Of a stretch of DNA of 32,000 nt, positions 9,001 to 16,247 are shown piece after piece. Both the position numbers and the translations under genes were made by a program. The notes beneath the pieces were generated by a model, which was not told the origin of the DNA, searched no databases, and worked only from the letters and a program-made list of their open reading frames with translations. Source of the DNA: Desulfotalea psychrophila LSv54. GTDB taxonomy: Bacteria; Desulfobacterota; Desulfobulbia; Desulfobulbales; Desulfocapsaceae. The DNA is taken from contig NC_006139.1 in NCBI RefSeq assembly GCF_000025945.1, forward strand, positions 60,001 through 92,000. Reading direction: 5' to 3'. Position 1 is the first letter of the stretch, and the number at the start of each line of letters is the position of its first letter.

Positions 9001-11997
9001 GCCACCAAGAATAATGTTTTCCGTTGCATTAATATCAATTCCAACACCGCCTACCGCTGTTGTAGTAATCCCTTTTACAACATACGTATGGCCTGAACTG
9101 GTTACTTCGAGTTTGCCTAGTTTGTTGGTGCTGCCAACGAGACCCTGTAGGCTAACGTCACCAAGACCTGCGGCCAAAGTCAGAGTTTTTGCCGTACTGT
9201 CAAAGGAATCAATCGTGGACTCAAAGGTAATATTACCCGCAGTTTTTCCTGTGGTCACCAGCCGATCCTCTGTCAGGACGGTAGGACTAGCCACGACAAT
9301 AAAGCCCCCGAGTCCCTGGGTACTGTCGCCAACGTAGCTACCACCAATTGCAGAGAGATTCCCGTTAAGTGTAATTGCTTTATCTGTACCAGCGGTCAAA
9401 GAGATATTGCCAGCATTACCACCATTTCTATGACCAGCTCCAGTGGCATTGCCACCTGTTGCAGTTACGTCGGTCACAGTCACATGGCCACCAGTACTGG
9501 TGACTGATATAGCGGCGGCATTACTACCGACGCCAATTGCATTATTAGCACCGATTGTCGACACAGATTTCAAAATCACATCATCGGTCGCAATAATTGT
9601 TACCGATCCGGACGAAACACCTGTGTCCGCCGTTGCAGTAGTAGTAATAGTGCCATTATCGTCATCAGCGTTGACACCCCCAGACGTTGCGGTAAGGAGA
9701 ACATTCCCCGCGTTTGTGACAATGGAGTCGTTAAAAACAATTGAACCGGCAGTGATATCTACTACACCTGCCCCCCTACCTGTAACAACATCACTGTCGA
9801 CATCATTATCACCATCACTAAGAATCAGCACACTCGTGCCAGCATTGCCTAGGGTAAAGCTGCCACCGAAATCTGCCGAAGCCAGACTCACCGTGCCAAG
9901 GACATTGGCTATGGAGATGCTGCCAAAACCATCGGCAGAGAGGCTAACTGTCCCGGCAGAGGAGAATCCCCCCGTTAGTAAAATAGAACCGTTAGAGTTA
10001 AGTGCGGTGGAGATATTAACAGTACCTGCCGAGCCAACTGCCTGAGAACCTGTGATATTCCCATGAGCCACAAGAGTTAAACCATTGTTGCCTGCAGAGA
10101 CAGTCCCTAAGGTCAGCTTGCAATTATTTACAAGATGAACTCCATCATTTTCACCCGACGTAGCGGAGACAGTCCCCTTGAAAGTGTTAGCGAGAGACGT
10201 GGCGAGAACACTACCGTTTCTTGAGGTAAAGGATGTTGCGTCATGAACATACAAGCTATTATTCAATCCAGCAAAAATGTTACCGTCAGCATTGGCAGTG
10301 AGGGAGCCGTTATATAGACTCACCATTCCATTATTTCCGAGGGTGATGGCACCACCAGTAAGGGTTATGTCTGAATCCGCGTTGAGGGTAAGATTTCCGC
10401 TGACAGAGACAATCTTGGCATTAATATTAATATCATTGCTAGCGTTTAGTGTCAGATTGCCGTCGAAAGAGGCTATCTCGGCATTAATAATAATATCATT
10501 GCTAGCGATTAGTGTTAGGTTCTGATCACTAGACCAGCCAATTTTACTGGCAACGGTGATATTCCCATCCTCCAGAGTAGTGCCCCCCCCCGTTTGCACC
10601 GTCACATTACTATCCTTGAGTGCCGTTGTAAGCCTTTCCACGCTTAATACTGATGGAGTACCTGCAGAGGTAAAAAATTTTTCGTCTGTACTGCTGATAC
10701 TATTGTAATTTTCAGATGAACCATTTTTAATTGTTATATTAAAAGGATCAAGTAGCAGTGTACCGGTCTTGCCTTTTTTTGCCCGCAGATCGGTTATACC
10801 TTGATAGGCTAGTATTTTCTTACCTGACACCTCGGCAAAACCACCATCGCCATTTTCAGTGCCACCTTTAGCAGAAATAGTACCTGCAAACTGGGTGGTC
10901 TCATCCGACCAGATGATTACCTTGCCACCATGGCCGTTATAACCAGCATTTGCGGTAATTAGGGTCTTTTTCCCAACAAAGGTTTTTGTGGCATTTTTTA
11001 CAGTACTATTTTTACCCTGATAGTCGCCACCGACGAGGGCCGTGCCGCCACCACTGGCGCCGGAGACATCAATAACCGAGGTACCGGTTAGGGCGACACG
11101 GTCACCAAGTACCTGCACCGTACCACCCACATCACCTTTTTGGGCAGTAAGGGTGCCACTGTTCTCGGTTGTTCCCGTCCCTGAAACCAACCAAATACGA
11201 CCGCCACGTTCTTCACTCCCCGTTGCTCGCACAGCGCCCGTGTTATTGATAGCAAGGGCGAATTCATTACCCCCTACCGCCTTGAGCTCAGCACTGGCTG
11301 ATTCAATCAGCCCACTATTTTTTACCTTGCCGTCGGAGGCACCTGCGTGGATAAAAATGCGTTGATCACCCGATGCCCGGACAAGAATTTCACTCCCCGC
11401 CGCCAGGCCCACAGTGCCCTCTTTGGCCGTTATCGTTCCTGCATTCTGTACGTCATAGGCGATAAGCAGTACATCACCTGCAATGGCATTAATTTTTCCT
11501 AGGTTGATGACACTTGCGCCTGATTCGCCAAGAAATGTCATATCATCACCGGCTAGAAAGGCCTCATTGGCCACATCAAGGGTGGAGGCGACAAAACCTT
11601 TGGTATCAATAACGCCGGAGGGGCCAATGAGAATACCGTTCTGGTTAACCAGATAGACCTTGCCATTGGCAGTTAGGTTACCGTAAATTTGGGAGGGGTT
11701 GCGGGAGATAACCCTATTCAGGACGGCACTGGTGGCTGATGGTTGGATGAAGTTCGTTGTTTCACCGGCGCCAATCGAAAAGTCCTGCCAATTAATAATG
11801 GCTGAATTACTTCCCTGATTGACATTGAGTTTATTATGGGACCGATTGAAGGAGGCCGAACCACTAATTACCTGCCCACCCGTGGGATTTGCAAGCATGG
11901 TCACTGGAAACATCATCATAAGCGCAAGACAAAGTGCAATGGATTTTTCACATAAAACTAAGGCATTTCGCCCAAAACATAATCGCCAGCTCTTCAT
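1..11997 (-). CDS. Giant filamentous haemagglutinin-family / TPS-domain exoprotein, C-terminus beyond window edge (>=3999 aa)
   Basis: Minus frame from ATG at 11997 reads MKSWRLCFGRNALVLCEKSIALCLALMMMFPVTMLANPTGGQVISGSASFNRSHNKLNVNQGSNSAIINWQDFSIGAGETTNFIQPSATSAVLNRVISRNPSQIYGNLTANGKVYLVNQNGILIGPSG..., a classic TPS/FHA N-terminal domain. The G/T/S/N-rich beta-helix-like sequence runs open to position 1 (codon phase with low coordinate = 1 mod 3 is preserved at both ends). RBS-like GGGAG/GAGG lies upstream. Confidence 0.93.
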   Translation of the reverse strand, partial: MKSWRLCFGRNALVLCEKSIALCLALMMMFPVTMLANPTGGQVISGSASFNRSHNKLNVNQGSNSAIINWQDFSIGAGETTNFIQPSATSAVLNRVISRNPSQIYGNLTANGKVYLVNQNGILIGPSGVIDTKGFVASTLDVANEAFLAGDDMTFLGESGASVINLGKINAIAGDVLLIAYDVQNAGTITAKEGTVGLAAGSEILVRASGDQRIFIHAGASDGKVKNSGLIESASAELKAVGGNEFALAINNTGAVRATGSEERGGRIWLVSGTGTTENSGTLTAQKGDVGGTVQVLGDRVALTGTSVIDVSGASGGGTALVGGDYQGKNSTVKNATKTFVGKKTLITANAGYNGHGGKVIIWSDETTQFAGTISAKGGTENGDGGFAEVSGKKILAYQGITDLRAKKGKTGTLLLDPFNITIKNGSSENYNSISSTDEKFFTSAGTPSVLSVERLTTALKDSNVTVQTGGGTTLEDGNITVASKIGWSSDQNLTLIASNDIIINAEIASFDGNLTLNASNDININAKIVSVSGNLTLNADSDITLTGGAITLGNNGMVSLYNGSLTANADGNIFAGLNNSLYVHDATSFTSRNGSVLATSLANTFKGTVSATSGENDGVHLVNNCKLTLGTVSAGNNGLTLVAHGNITGSQAVGSAGTVNISTALNSNGSILLTGGFSSAGTVSLSADGFGSISIANVLGTVSLASADFGGSFTLGNAGTSVLILSDGDNDVDSDVVTGRGAGVVDITAGSIVFNDSIVTNAGNVLLTATSGGVNADDDNGTITTTATADTGVSSGSVTIIATDDVILKSVSTIGANNAIGVGSNAAAISVTSTGGHVTVTDVTATGGNATGAGHRNGGNAGNISLTAGTDKAITLNGNLSAIGGSYVGDSTQGLGGFIVVASPTVLTEDRLVTTGKTAGNITFESTIDSFDSTAKTLTLAAGLGDVSLQGLVGSTNKLGKLEVTSSGHTYVVKGITTTAVGGVGIDINATENIILGGNDSEVVLDTSAANGSVDLDASSSVVLDDSVKITHGLGNVTMGYQVRSAVGESGAHHLIIEHGDTAGAGGVFGDIYFEYNLGSSANRIGAVRIDGVNNLRLPSYVYASSLTYADDVGTRVLGEGAITYNTNYTNSTINVDGAAGVDIYTKGAVVTPHGAITSTVFGADVTLQSTTNTVTQNGAITTNAGAVTIDGQSGVLLVADDSDITTAGGAITLTSSAGVVTISGNGADLTSTGGDIAIAGIGVSQTDTDNDIDAGSGKICIDGGGGIIDLDGTLISTATDAEEPPAVLIHDASVVNISRVTAINGTLRIGEMVGAVGSEIADVTGSVIQQDLSLITDKINIKTLEVNAASNLSITDTNNIIDNLGDFNLGGSLTVQAKGRTNGLQLTGDVEATAVTIRTGLNTGGTDGILSLVTTNITATSGDVLLQGRGVTQLVGSTITAADQILILGSDYSDGTVQAVTLGGDLIAGSTATDAVVIDDTGNLIIANITAGTVGNRGGLRLGTNIDRDTTGEGAASGVNLGYTRIYGTVNQTADSEIKVGRLSIHQESGAVTLTNTGNEIKELGTISRGGAINILDADTEKNGLTLMGHMDGGTLDSAVTITTPGLLNLGGYLIYGSAVDLNGGSDLADTENALTSSGGGVYAERNTGNLTIDAGGSRIALSGALYALTDDKVIIENASDVSLGRVSRTEFPSGQIGELVLGTSGNVITGNVTQATGNIAADTISGVVNGSALLAQTNYVDNVSDFSAIDGFTLSNNAFALTVIGDLLSTNGDILLRTTGTNDDITVNSSASIAANTLGTGAVSLVANGLASINVFDSVTAGSGGVSIVTAENINVSGGSSIETTGGVELRAINAADNGYHRGIVLGGNISAGDDGVAIHSGYTINQSGGVITTSGALYGINSSGTTTIGAGSPSARGYVKLDTDNEIAELGPFYLEDAVSVSPYFKLNDVSGGLTLTGAITNPYGDIEIATAGGRLVLATHAVTAGSSINGGANISLKGRGIKQTSGSISVNGNDGQGGTILLQGHDGAFAGAINLAGTLQTYNTSANAITIRGTTNLTLPEIDVAGGILTLGGSDVTHQITGVVTQNAGTSIDTDILVVTAESSVVLTNVGNKVGSLGAVSVGDVGGKQYDFDLYDSIGGLTLTGNVTSAGGLQIVTAKVEGGEVERLELSDKQVRSLGDLYLSGEEIHQAATGEVNSAYQSISSDDAGTITLAGGDAAITLEGKLYTNNARATAVQLLNATDVTLHEVGVSSGTLVLGTAGANDITGIVSQDDGGVISAKTLVGDVGILALDETLNLDELGALITTGDLTLLDQGGTLAAAGLTCVGDVAAGGTTRIETSDGVLDFATFDLDANGHGLTLVGVGITQDFTVDTGVSDSAIKASTASIDAGTGSILLGSSSNDFTGQVGLTAAGAQVTIRDTDDLTLNANGTSLDDTLGDDTSILAIAGSQLILTGDAITTDEGSIDFRSLGGNLSTPGALTTGSGNVDLYSSAILTLSNSIASTSGDITIDGATVAHVSGGGYSLQTGNAGTITVDARTGNYTQGLDFDYSTVAGDITINALNGAANVANIQSTSGDLYVTTGGDITQQGGTAVQVATLTAKAMADGSITLAGTANAVDTISLRSRNLADDATGSGTIGYIDVDGVVIDQIETSGNATLTAGDAVSTGARGTIAANLLTVKTLKDAGGDITLTETNDVNSIDFQTRNAADSDNAAGEIRFTDRDGFSVTNVKTTDIAVFDADGAVTQTGAIIAAGLGLSGSGGYTLNNEALGTPINQVSTIASNATGDVNFSTALALTIGTVNQVGVSTGGANFALLAPSIDSSSIPIDTQSAVAGENGGSLTLVTYGMGTDGNLTVSDIITSGQDATVANTDGGVAGNVTLTAAGDVLSIGGALIARGGALDGTGADGADALVRLTAATGAVSQTDGDNEIKTGRVIVNAANTSELLDLTNTIDEISATLTGADADFTFKNAGDFTVGINDGGVIGLSTNSGNIALSGSGDVTLATDATVATTGGDFSTVGRAFTSNSGATITTSGGNVDLTGHTGAVLLGADVTTAGGDITATEITSFDSMAVTLSTTGGSDESGGNINITSTGAVSIGMLVADGGSDSNGSGESAGSITLAADAKLTTAEINAIGSDHNSDSTIGGQGGVITLTGTGGIDLGGNIDASGGGSGATQAAGGSVILNSPTLLLADRSIDTGAGAGDITFNGSVDSEATETNNLTLTAGTGNIVLSGAVGSTQELGVIQVVSATDVTTTSTLDAASLIQTAGSGTTTVNGVMTLSGNLDFTGQNLAVNAGVATDASTQVHNTGTFSSALGGDIVANGGFSQDGTGVNELSGDITTVNNDIIFVTAITLNDAVAMDSDSGAGNITFSRTVDSAVGETDDLTISSGSGDVSFLDTLGALEQLGAIVVNCGALTRFDKAVTATSVYTDAPGAVHVNGGSVTTTGTQIYLEQLVLGADTTLTATTVITGDTLTGNNHSLDINGNVVLGNSTDDQVTGLSTLAVTGTTEIHTDTVTSANAQTYTGAVILGNSTTLTATDNAVTFNSTVNSQASETNALAVNSGSGAATFSGAIGDLVDGVLGALGVNSSNETTFTGAVKAASLTTNAGGSTTINGGSIETTGAQNYNDAVVLRADTVLTSGGTVNFAASVNSDVGQNRDLTIDAAGQSVNFVAAVGRADTLNALTIVDADNVTFSNTIDAASLTQQAGSGTTTLNGIATLSGNLDFTGAAFNVNARLNSGGTVEATNAGVFTTAAASDIDAAGGFTQNGAGPNNLAGAITTVGTNINFTSAVELTGDVSMSTGTTAGSIGFASTVDSDADLTLRSLRLTSANAAGQNFVAAVGANHALNILRIESTGVTQGGSAPINAAQLAIKSTDDATLANTGNDIDTLAALLSGDAALVFVDSDGVEIGTIDSGELQIVGITDGVGTSNVTLTVGGLLSQSVGSVVAIDGDMTIDASSFDAGNVQFTNNDANGTVLDDTLIGGNF
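11880..11997 (-). other. Signal peptide of the giant exoprotein
   Basis: MKSWRLCFGRNALVLCEKSIALCLALMMMFPVTMLA: basic n-region, hydrophobic core, then NPTGGQV as typical of TPS exoproteins. Confidence 0.75.
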
Positions 11998-12793
11998 GTG
12001 CAACCTCACTCCCAGCAAAGATGATGTTGAATCCTTATAGAACACAATGATTTTATAGTATCTCAGCAAAGGTTAAATTTGCCCAAGCAGTTAAGCCATT
12101 AAGCGCCCAATGCATCGTAAAAAAAACCATTGCCCCACAGATAAAAGCTCTTTTCAGGATACGGAAAGAAAAAGAAGAAGTCAAAAAATGACAATGAGGG
12201 TTTCCTGCCAACAATTAAGACGAAGAGATTGAAAATCTGCCTTTTACCTAGCGATATTTTAAGTGATTTTGCCTATTTGTTTTATGAAATCATGCCAAAA
12301 CAATTCCATAGGAAGAACTTTGAGATCAACAAAACCCAAAAAAATTCTGTAGATATTCTTTGTTGAATATAAAACAATTATGCACTTTTTGTCATGAAAG
12401 TCCTAATGCTTTGAGATAAGTTGAGTCTAGGATCAAAAAAAAGGGCAAGAAAGTGGGATGAAAAGAGAGGAATTTGATTCAGAAAAACAGAGAGTTGGAG
12501 AGGCCAACCATCTTCAGGAGTTATGGGGTGATGGCTAAAGAGGATCTCGCCAATATAGGATTGATGGTGTCGCGGTCAGCTCTAAGATCAAGCGCTTTGG
12601 CTATTCTCGAGGAACAGGCTGGTAGGAATGCAGTGTTCACCTTATCTCGCTGGGCAGGGCTATGACTAAAAATAGTCTCATTATCTCAGGGCTTCCTTTT
12701 TAGTTTCGACCTAGCCATTAATTATGGAGGAAGAGGGGGCTAAAGGCAAGGGGTTGGGGGCCCTATGTGGCAGGATAGTTTTCGCCCTGGTAC

Positions 12794-13684
12794 TTACCTC
12801 TCCATCTCTGAACCAAAATATCGTTTCATTCGATAGACAAACTGGTTCCAGGTTCTCGCATTTTGATATTTTTCCTTTGTTTCGTACTTTTCAGCTCTTT
12901 TTTCAAATTCACCGAACTTTTTTTCCAAAAAAGCTTTTAAAAATTCACGCCCTAAGCTGCTGGCCTTGATGTGGTTTTGCTTTACCGATCCGATAGCAGA
13001 AATAACACAACCGTTGCCCCTTAACCTTACGGTTAAACCATAAATCGAGAACCCTTCCTGCAACTCCTGCCACGTTGTGGCCCTCTCTAAAATATCCCTT
13101 AAAGGCTCTTTACAATCTAACACATAGTTAAGCAAGGACTGCTTCCCTGCATGAGCATCTACATTCTGAGCCTTACTGTTGACCGCCTGTTCTCCCGCCT
13201 TCTCTTTTATCGACCCCACTATTTTCAAATTGTTTTCAATCTCTAGCTCTCTGCAAAGTTGAGTACATTTGATTTTATCCCAACCAGGGCTATTCTTTTT
13301 TTTCGTTAAAGGATCAATCATATTATAGGCAATATGCATATTGCTGGTATTATCATGAATTCCGCAGTGTCGCTGGTGTTCATCAAAGCCAAGTATTTCA
13401 GCAAAATTTTGCTCAATTTTTTTACAAATTTCTACATCTAGTTTCTGTCTATCTTCTGGAGGGAATGAGATAATTAGGTGGTAGGTGTTCCCCTGAACGC
13501 GACGGTTAAAACTCTGTGTGACAACCACCTCATCAATCACTAAATTATAATCATCTTCGATTGCTCCCCCGACAGTCCATGTTGCCAGACACTTTTCGCC
13601 ATCGTTGTTGGCATCAGCGATGTAGTTTGCCAGCTTGCGATAAGACCCCTTTGCGCCTTTAGCCTGCTCAATCTTACATATCAT
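12794..13684 (-). CDS. Relaxase / mobilization nuclease (MOBP, MobA/VirD2-like)
   Basis: 296 aa; KGSYRKLANYIAD..., TYHLIISFPPEDRQ..., RHCGIHDNTSNMHIAYNMIDPLT (histidine-rich motif III-like), and a gene order (accessory protein immediately upstream) typical of plasmid mobilization loci. Confidence 0.8.
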   Translation of the reverse strand: MICKIEQAKGAKGSYRKLANYIADANNDGEKCLATWTVGGAIEDDYNLVIDEVVVTQSFNRRVQGNTYHLIISFPPEDRQKLDVEICKKIEQNFAEILGFDEHQRHCGIHDNTSNMHIAYNMIDPLTKKKNSPGWDKIKCTQLCRELEIENNLKIVGSIKEKAGEQAVNSKAQNVDAHAGKQSLLNYVLDCKEPLRDILERATTWQELQEGFSIYGLTVRLRGNGCVISAIGSVKQNHIKASSLGREFLKAFLEKKFGEFEKRAEKYETKEKYQNARTWNQFVYRMKRYFGSEMER

Positions 13685-13702
13685 CTCAAGCTATCTTTCA
13701 TC

Positions 13703-14035
13703 TTATTTATAATAGGGATTAATTTTTTTTTGTGTTGATTCAATCTCTTTCAGAACCCTCCTTAACTCTATCGGATCAAAGTTAGTTGGGCTGTTGCCGC
13801 TCAAATAAAATTTAAACAGCCCTCCAAGCCTCCCCAGATCCCCATTGACCTTCAAAAGATCAAGAAAAGATGGTCTTCCCTCCATGGATTCAATTTTTTT
13901 ACCTAATAAAGCCCTGCGAATAAACTCAGACTGCGTCAACCCCGTATAATAAACTTTCTTGATAATCAACTCATATTCCTGAAGGGTAACATGTGCCTTT
14001 AGAGTACGATTTCTAACCACTTTCTTTCCAACCAT
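13703..14035 (-). CDS. MobC/TraJ-like relaxosome accessory protein (ribbon-helix-helix type)
   Basis: 110 aa; VTLQEYELIIKKVYYTGLTQSEFIRRALLGKKIE...LLKVNGDLGRLGGLFKFYL matches the pattern of plasmid mobilization accessory proteins; lies directly upstream of the relaxase. Confidence 0.75.
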   Translation of the reverse strand: MVGKKVVRNRTLKAHVTLQEYELIIKKVYYTGLTQSEFIRRALLGKKIESMEGRPSFLDLLKVNGDLGRLGGLFKFYLSGNSPTNFDPIELRRVLKEIESTQKKINPYYK

Positions 14036-14140
14036 TTTAATTCCTCAATGGAGTGTAATTTACGTTGAGTCGAAGGCGAATAAGCCCCTCTCAGGATGAG
14101 CAAGAGGAAAGACCGGCAGACAAAGTGGGCCACTTTCCAC
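14036..14140 (-). other. Candidate origin of transfer (oriT)
   Basis: Intergenic DNA directly upstream of the mobC-like gene; minus strand carries CATCCTG (14092-14098), resembling the YATCCTG nick core of IncP/R64-type oriTs, plus the palindrome AAAGTGG-G-CCACTTT (14122-14136). Confidence 0.4.
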
Positions 14141-14386
14141 ATCTTGCCAGTTACCATCCACCGCCTTTGCTTGCCGAATGCTTGCTATTATGTTTGTTTT
14201 CTTGTTTGCTTTTATGTTTGTTATTTTGTTTTTTTATATGTTTATTTTTATGTTTTCTTATTTGTTTGCTTTTTCTTCGTGAAAACGAGGTTACTTTTGT
14301 AGCTGAACCACCACTCAAAATAGTCCTCCACAAGACCTTTTTCCTATGAAAAGAAAGTTTAGCCATATGGCCATACCTTCTTGCCT

Positions 14387-14490
14387 GAAAACTACTTTCT
14401 TGTTTTGTTTACAAACTTATTTTTTGTTTTAATCACAAACTACTTTTTTGTTTTATTACAGGTTTCTTTTTATGTGACAAATCTTCTGCC
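14387..14490 (+). repeat. Iteron-like block, copy 1: three ~24-bp direct repeats
   Basis: Units AAACTACTTTCTTGTTTTGTTTAC / AAACTTATTTTTTGTTTTAATCAC / AAACTACTTTTTTGTTTTATTAC. The whole 104-bp block recurs at 17199-17302 with 2 mismatches. Confidence 0.8.
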
Positions 14491-14851
14491 TAAAGCATCA
14501 AAAACAATGGGTTATCTTATAAAAAATCGCGTTCTTCAGAGGGAAAATCGTAAGCCTTTTACAAGAGGCTGAGGCAAGAAAAATTTATAAATATCTGCAG
14601 GCAGGAGCATGAATGACGACACTTTTTTATGGTGCACCCGGCAATAGGTAAAATTATGCGCCTGCCTGAATAGTTGGGGCCTACCAATAAAAAATCCTTC
14701 CGCCCTTACTACCCAGGGCGAGTGCTCTAGGCATTGTTTGTCGACGTATTTAAGGCAGAAGGGGTCATAATGCCTTTGTGACATATTTTGCAAATATTGC
14801 GGAAACGACATAAAGTATTACTATGTCGTTAAAGACATGGGGGGAGTAAAA

Positions 14852-15094
14852 ATGCTACTTGTTTCAACAAAAGAGATTGGTGATGCTCTGCGACATAAGC
14901 GTAAACAGATGGGGCTTAGCCAGTCAGAACTTGGCAAGCGGGTAGGGCTTGATCAGAAAAAGGTATCATTGATGGAAAATGGCAACCCAAATACACGGGT
15001 GGAGAGTTTGTTACGTCTGCTTTCGGCATTGGAGTTAGGGGTAGTTTTGCAACCTAAGGCGGACTCTTCACAGAACGATAGTACAGATTTTTAA
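14852..15094 (+). CDS. XRE-family / HipB-like HTH transcriptional regulator
   Basis: MLLVSTKEIGDALRHKRKQMGLSQSELGKRVGLDQKKVSLMENGNPNTRVESLLRLLSALELGVVLQP; HTH_3 plus HipB-like C-terminus. ATG at 14852 preferred over 14837 because of GGGGAG upstream. Confidence 0.85.
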   Translation: MLLVSTKEIGDALRHKRKQMGLSQSELGKRVGLDQKKVSLMENGNPNTRVESLLRLLSALELGVVLQPKADSSQNDSTDF

Positions 15095-15140
15095 ATTCAT
15101 GAGTCCGCATAGGGATGTGAAAATTATTTATGGGAGCAAC

Positions 15141-16247
15141 ATGTCAATTTCTTTAGACAAACTAACCATTCGTGGCTTCAAATCCATCAGGGAGTTGGTT
15201 GATTTTGAGCTGGCTGATCTAAATGTGGTTGTGGGTGGAAATGGTGCCGGAAAAAGTAACCTGATTTCTTTTTTTAAAATGCTTCGAGCCCTGATCGACG
15301 GTAATTTAAACCGCTATGTAATAGAACACGGCGGCGCTGGTGATCTCCTTTTCAATGGCAGAAAAACAACTGAAAAAATGGAATTTGAAACCCACTTTAA
15401 TTCAAGAGGTTACCGTTTTAAATTGATTCCAACACCAAAAGATGCCTGTTCGCTTGAAGAGGAAGCTCGTTATTATGAGTCCGGCTTAACAGGTTGGTGG
15501 GAATTGGGAGACAGCCATGACGGTACGTCGCGCATGGTCAGCGAAGTGACGGAAAACAGATCCGATGGCCAGTACAGTAAACCGATATATGATGCCATTA
15601 GTTCCTGGCAGATTTATCACTTTCATGACACCGGTTCTAGGGCGGGTATGCGTCATTACGAGATTATTCAGGATAATAAAAGTCTACGTGCCGATGCCTC
15701 TAATATAGGGCCATTTTTGCTCAAACTCAAAAAGAAGCACCCGCAGGAATATAAAGATATCCTTAACGCCATTCGTCTAGTCACCCCCTTCTTTGAAGAT
15801 TTTCTTCTTGAACCACGAGAGAGTGGAAATAAGGAGGAGGTAAATATCAGCTGGAGGCAAAATGGATCGGATTATCCGATGCAACCTTACCACCTCTCCG
15901 ATGGCTCTATTCGATTTATCTGCCTGGCAACAGCCCTACTTCAACCTATGCCGCCAGCCGCAATAATCATTGATGAACCTGAGTTAGGGTTGCACCCTGC
16001 CGCCATTGTCATTCTAGCGGAACTCATCCAAATAGCCTCACAAAAGACACAGGTGATTATTGCCACTCAATCTCCCGCTTTGATGGATCAATTTGCCATT
16101 GAAGATATTATTGTTGTCAATCGGGAGGATGGCGCTTCAACATTCAAGAGACTGAAAGAGGAGAGCTTTTCAGAATGGTTGAAGAGTTATTCCGTCGGCG
16201 AGCTTTGGACCAAAAATGTGATTGCAGGAGGTCCGGTTCATGAGTGA
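15141..16247 (+). CDS. RecF/OLD-like AAA family ATPase (SMC-type, AAA_21-like)
   Basis: MSISLDKLTIRGFKSIRELVDFELADLNVVVGGNGAGKSNLISFF (Walker A), LSDGSIRFICLATALL (signature region), AAIIIDEPELGLHP (Walker B), VIIATQSPALMDQF (switch). ORF extends upstream to 15099; ATG at 15141 has GGGAG upstream. Confidence 0.88.
   Translation: MSISLDKLTIRGFKSIRELVDFELADLNVVVGGNGAGKSNLISFFKMLRALIDGNLNRYVIEHGGAGDLLFNGRKTTEKMEFETHFNSRGYRFKLIPTPKDACSLEEEARYYESGLTGWWELGDSHDGTSRMVSEVTENRSDGQYSKPIYDAISSWQIYHFHDTGSRAGMRHYEIIQDNKSLRADASNIGPFLLKLKKKHPQEYKDILNAIRLVTPFFEDFLLEPRESGNKEEVNISWRQNGSDYPMQPYHLSDGSIRFICLATALLQPMPPAAIIIDEPELGLHPAAIVILAELIQIASQKTQVIIATQSPALMDQFAIEDIIVVNREDGASTFKRLKEESFSEWLKSYSVGELWTKNVIAGGPVHE

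Noticed and set aside
61-11365. Numerous plus-strand ORFs of 60-206 aa from the track (e.g. 470..1090, 9443..10045, 8066..8563)
   Set aside because: All lie antisense to the continuous adhesin frame. Their A/V/P/S/T-rich repetitive sequences are the mirror of its G/T/N/S repeats.
12474-12665. 63-aa ORF MIQKNRELERPTIFRSYGVMAKEDLANIGLMVS...LSRWAGL
   Set aside because: No recognisable family, no convincing RBS, isolated between adhesin promoter region and relaxase; not reported as a gene.
14387-14490. CRISPR-like short repeat array
   Set aside because: Units of ~24 bp are contiguous with no spacers and only three copies, consistent with iterons; no cas genes are present.
14065-14572. ORFs 14065..14349, 14096..14302, 14381..14572 and 17139..17333 (e.g. 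NYFLVLFTNLFFVLITNYF)
   Set aside because: They translate T-rich intergenic/oriT and iteron DNA. The hydrophobic similarity between 14381 and 17139 ORFs simply reflects the duplicated 104-bp repeat, not a conserved membrane peptide.
14837-15094. HipAB-type toxin-antitoxin module
   Set aside because: The regulator resembles HipB, but no HipA kinase follows; the next gene is a RecF/OLD-like ATPase.
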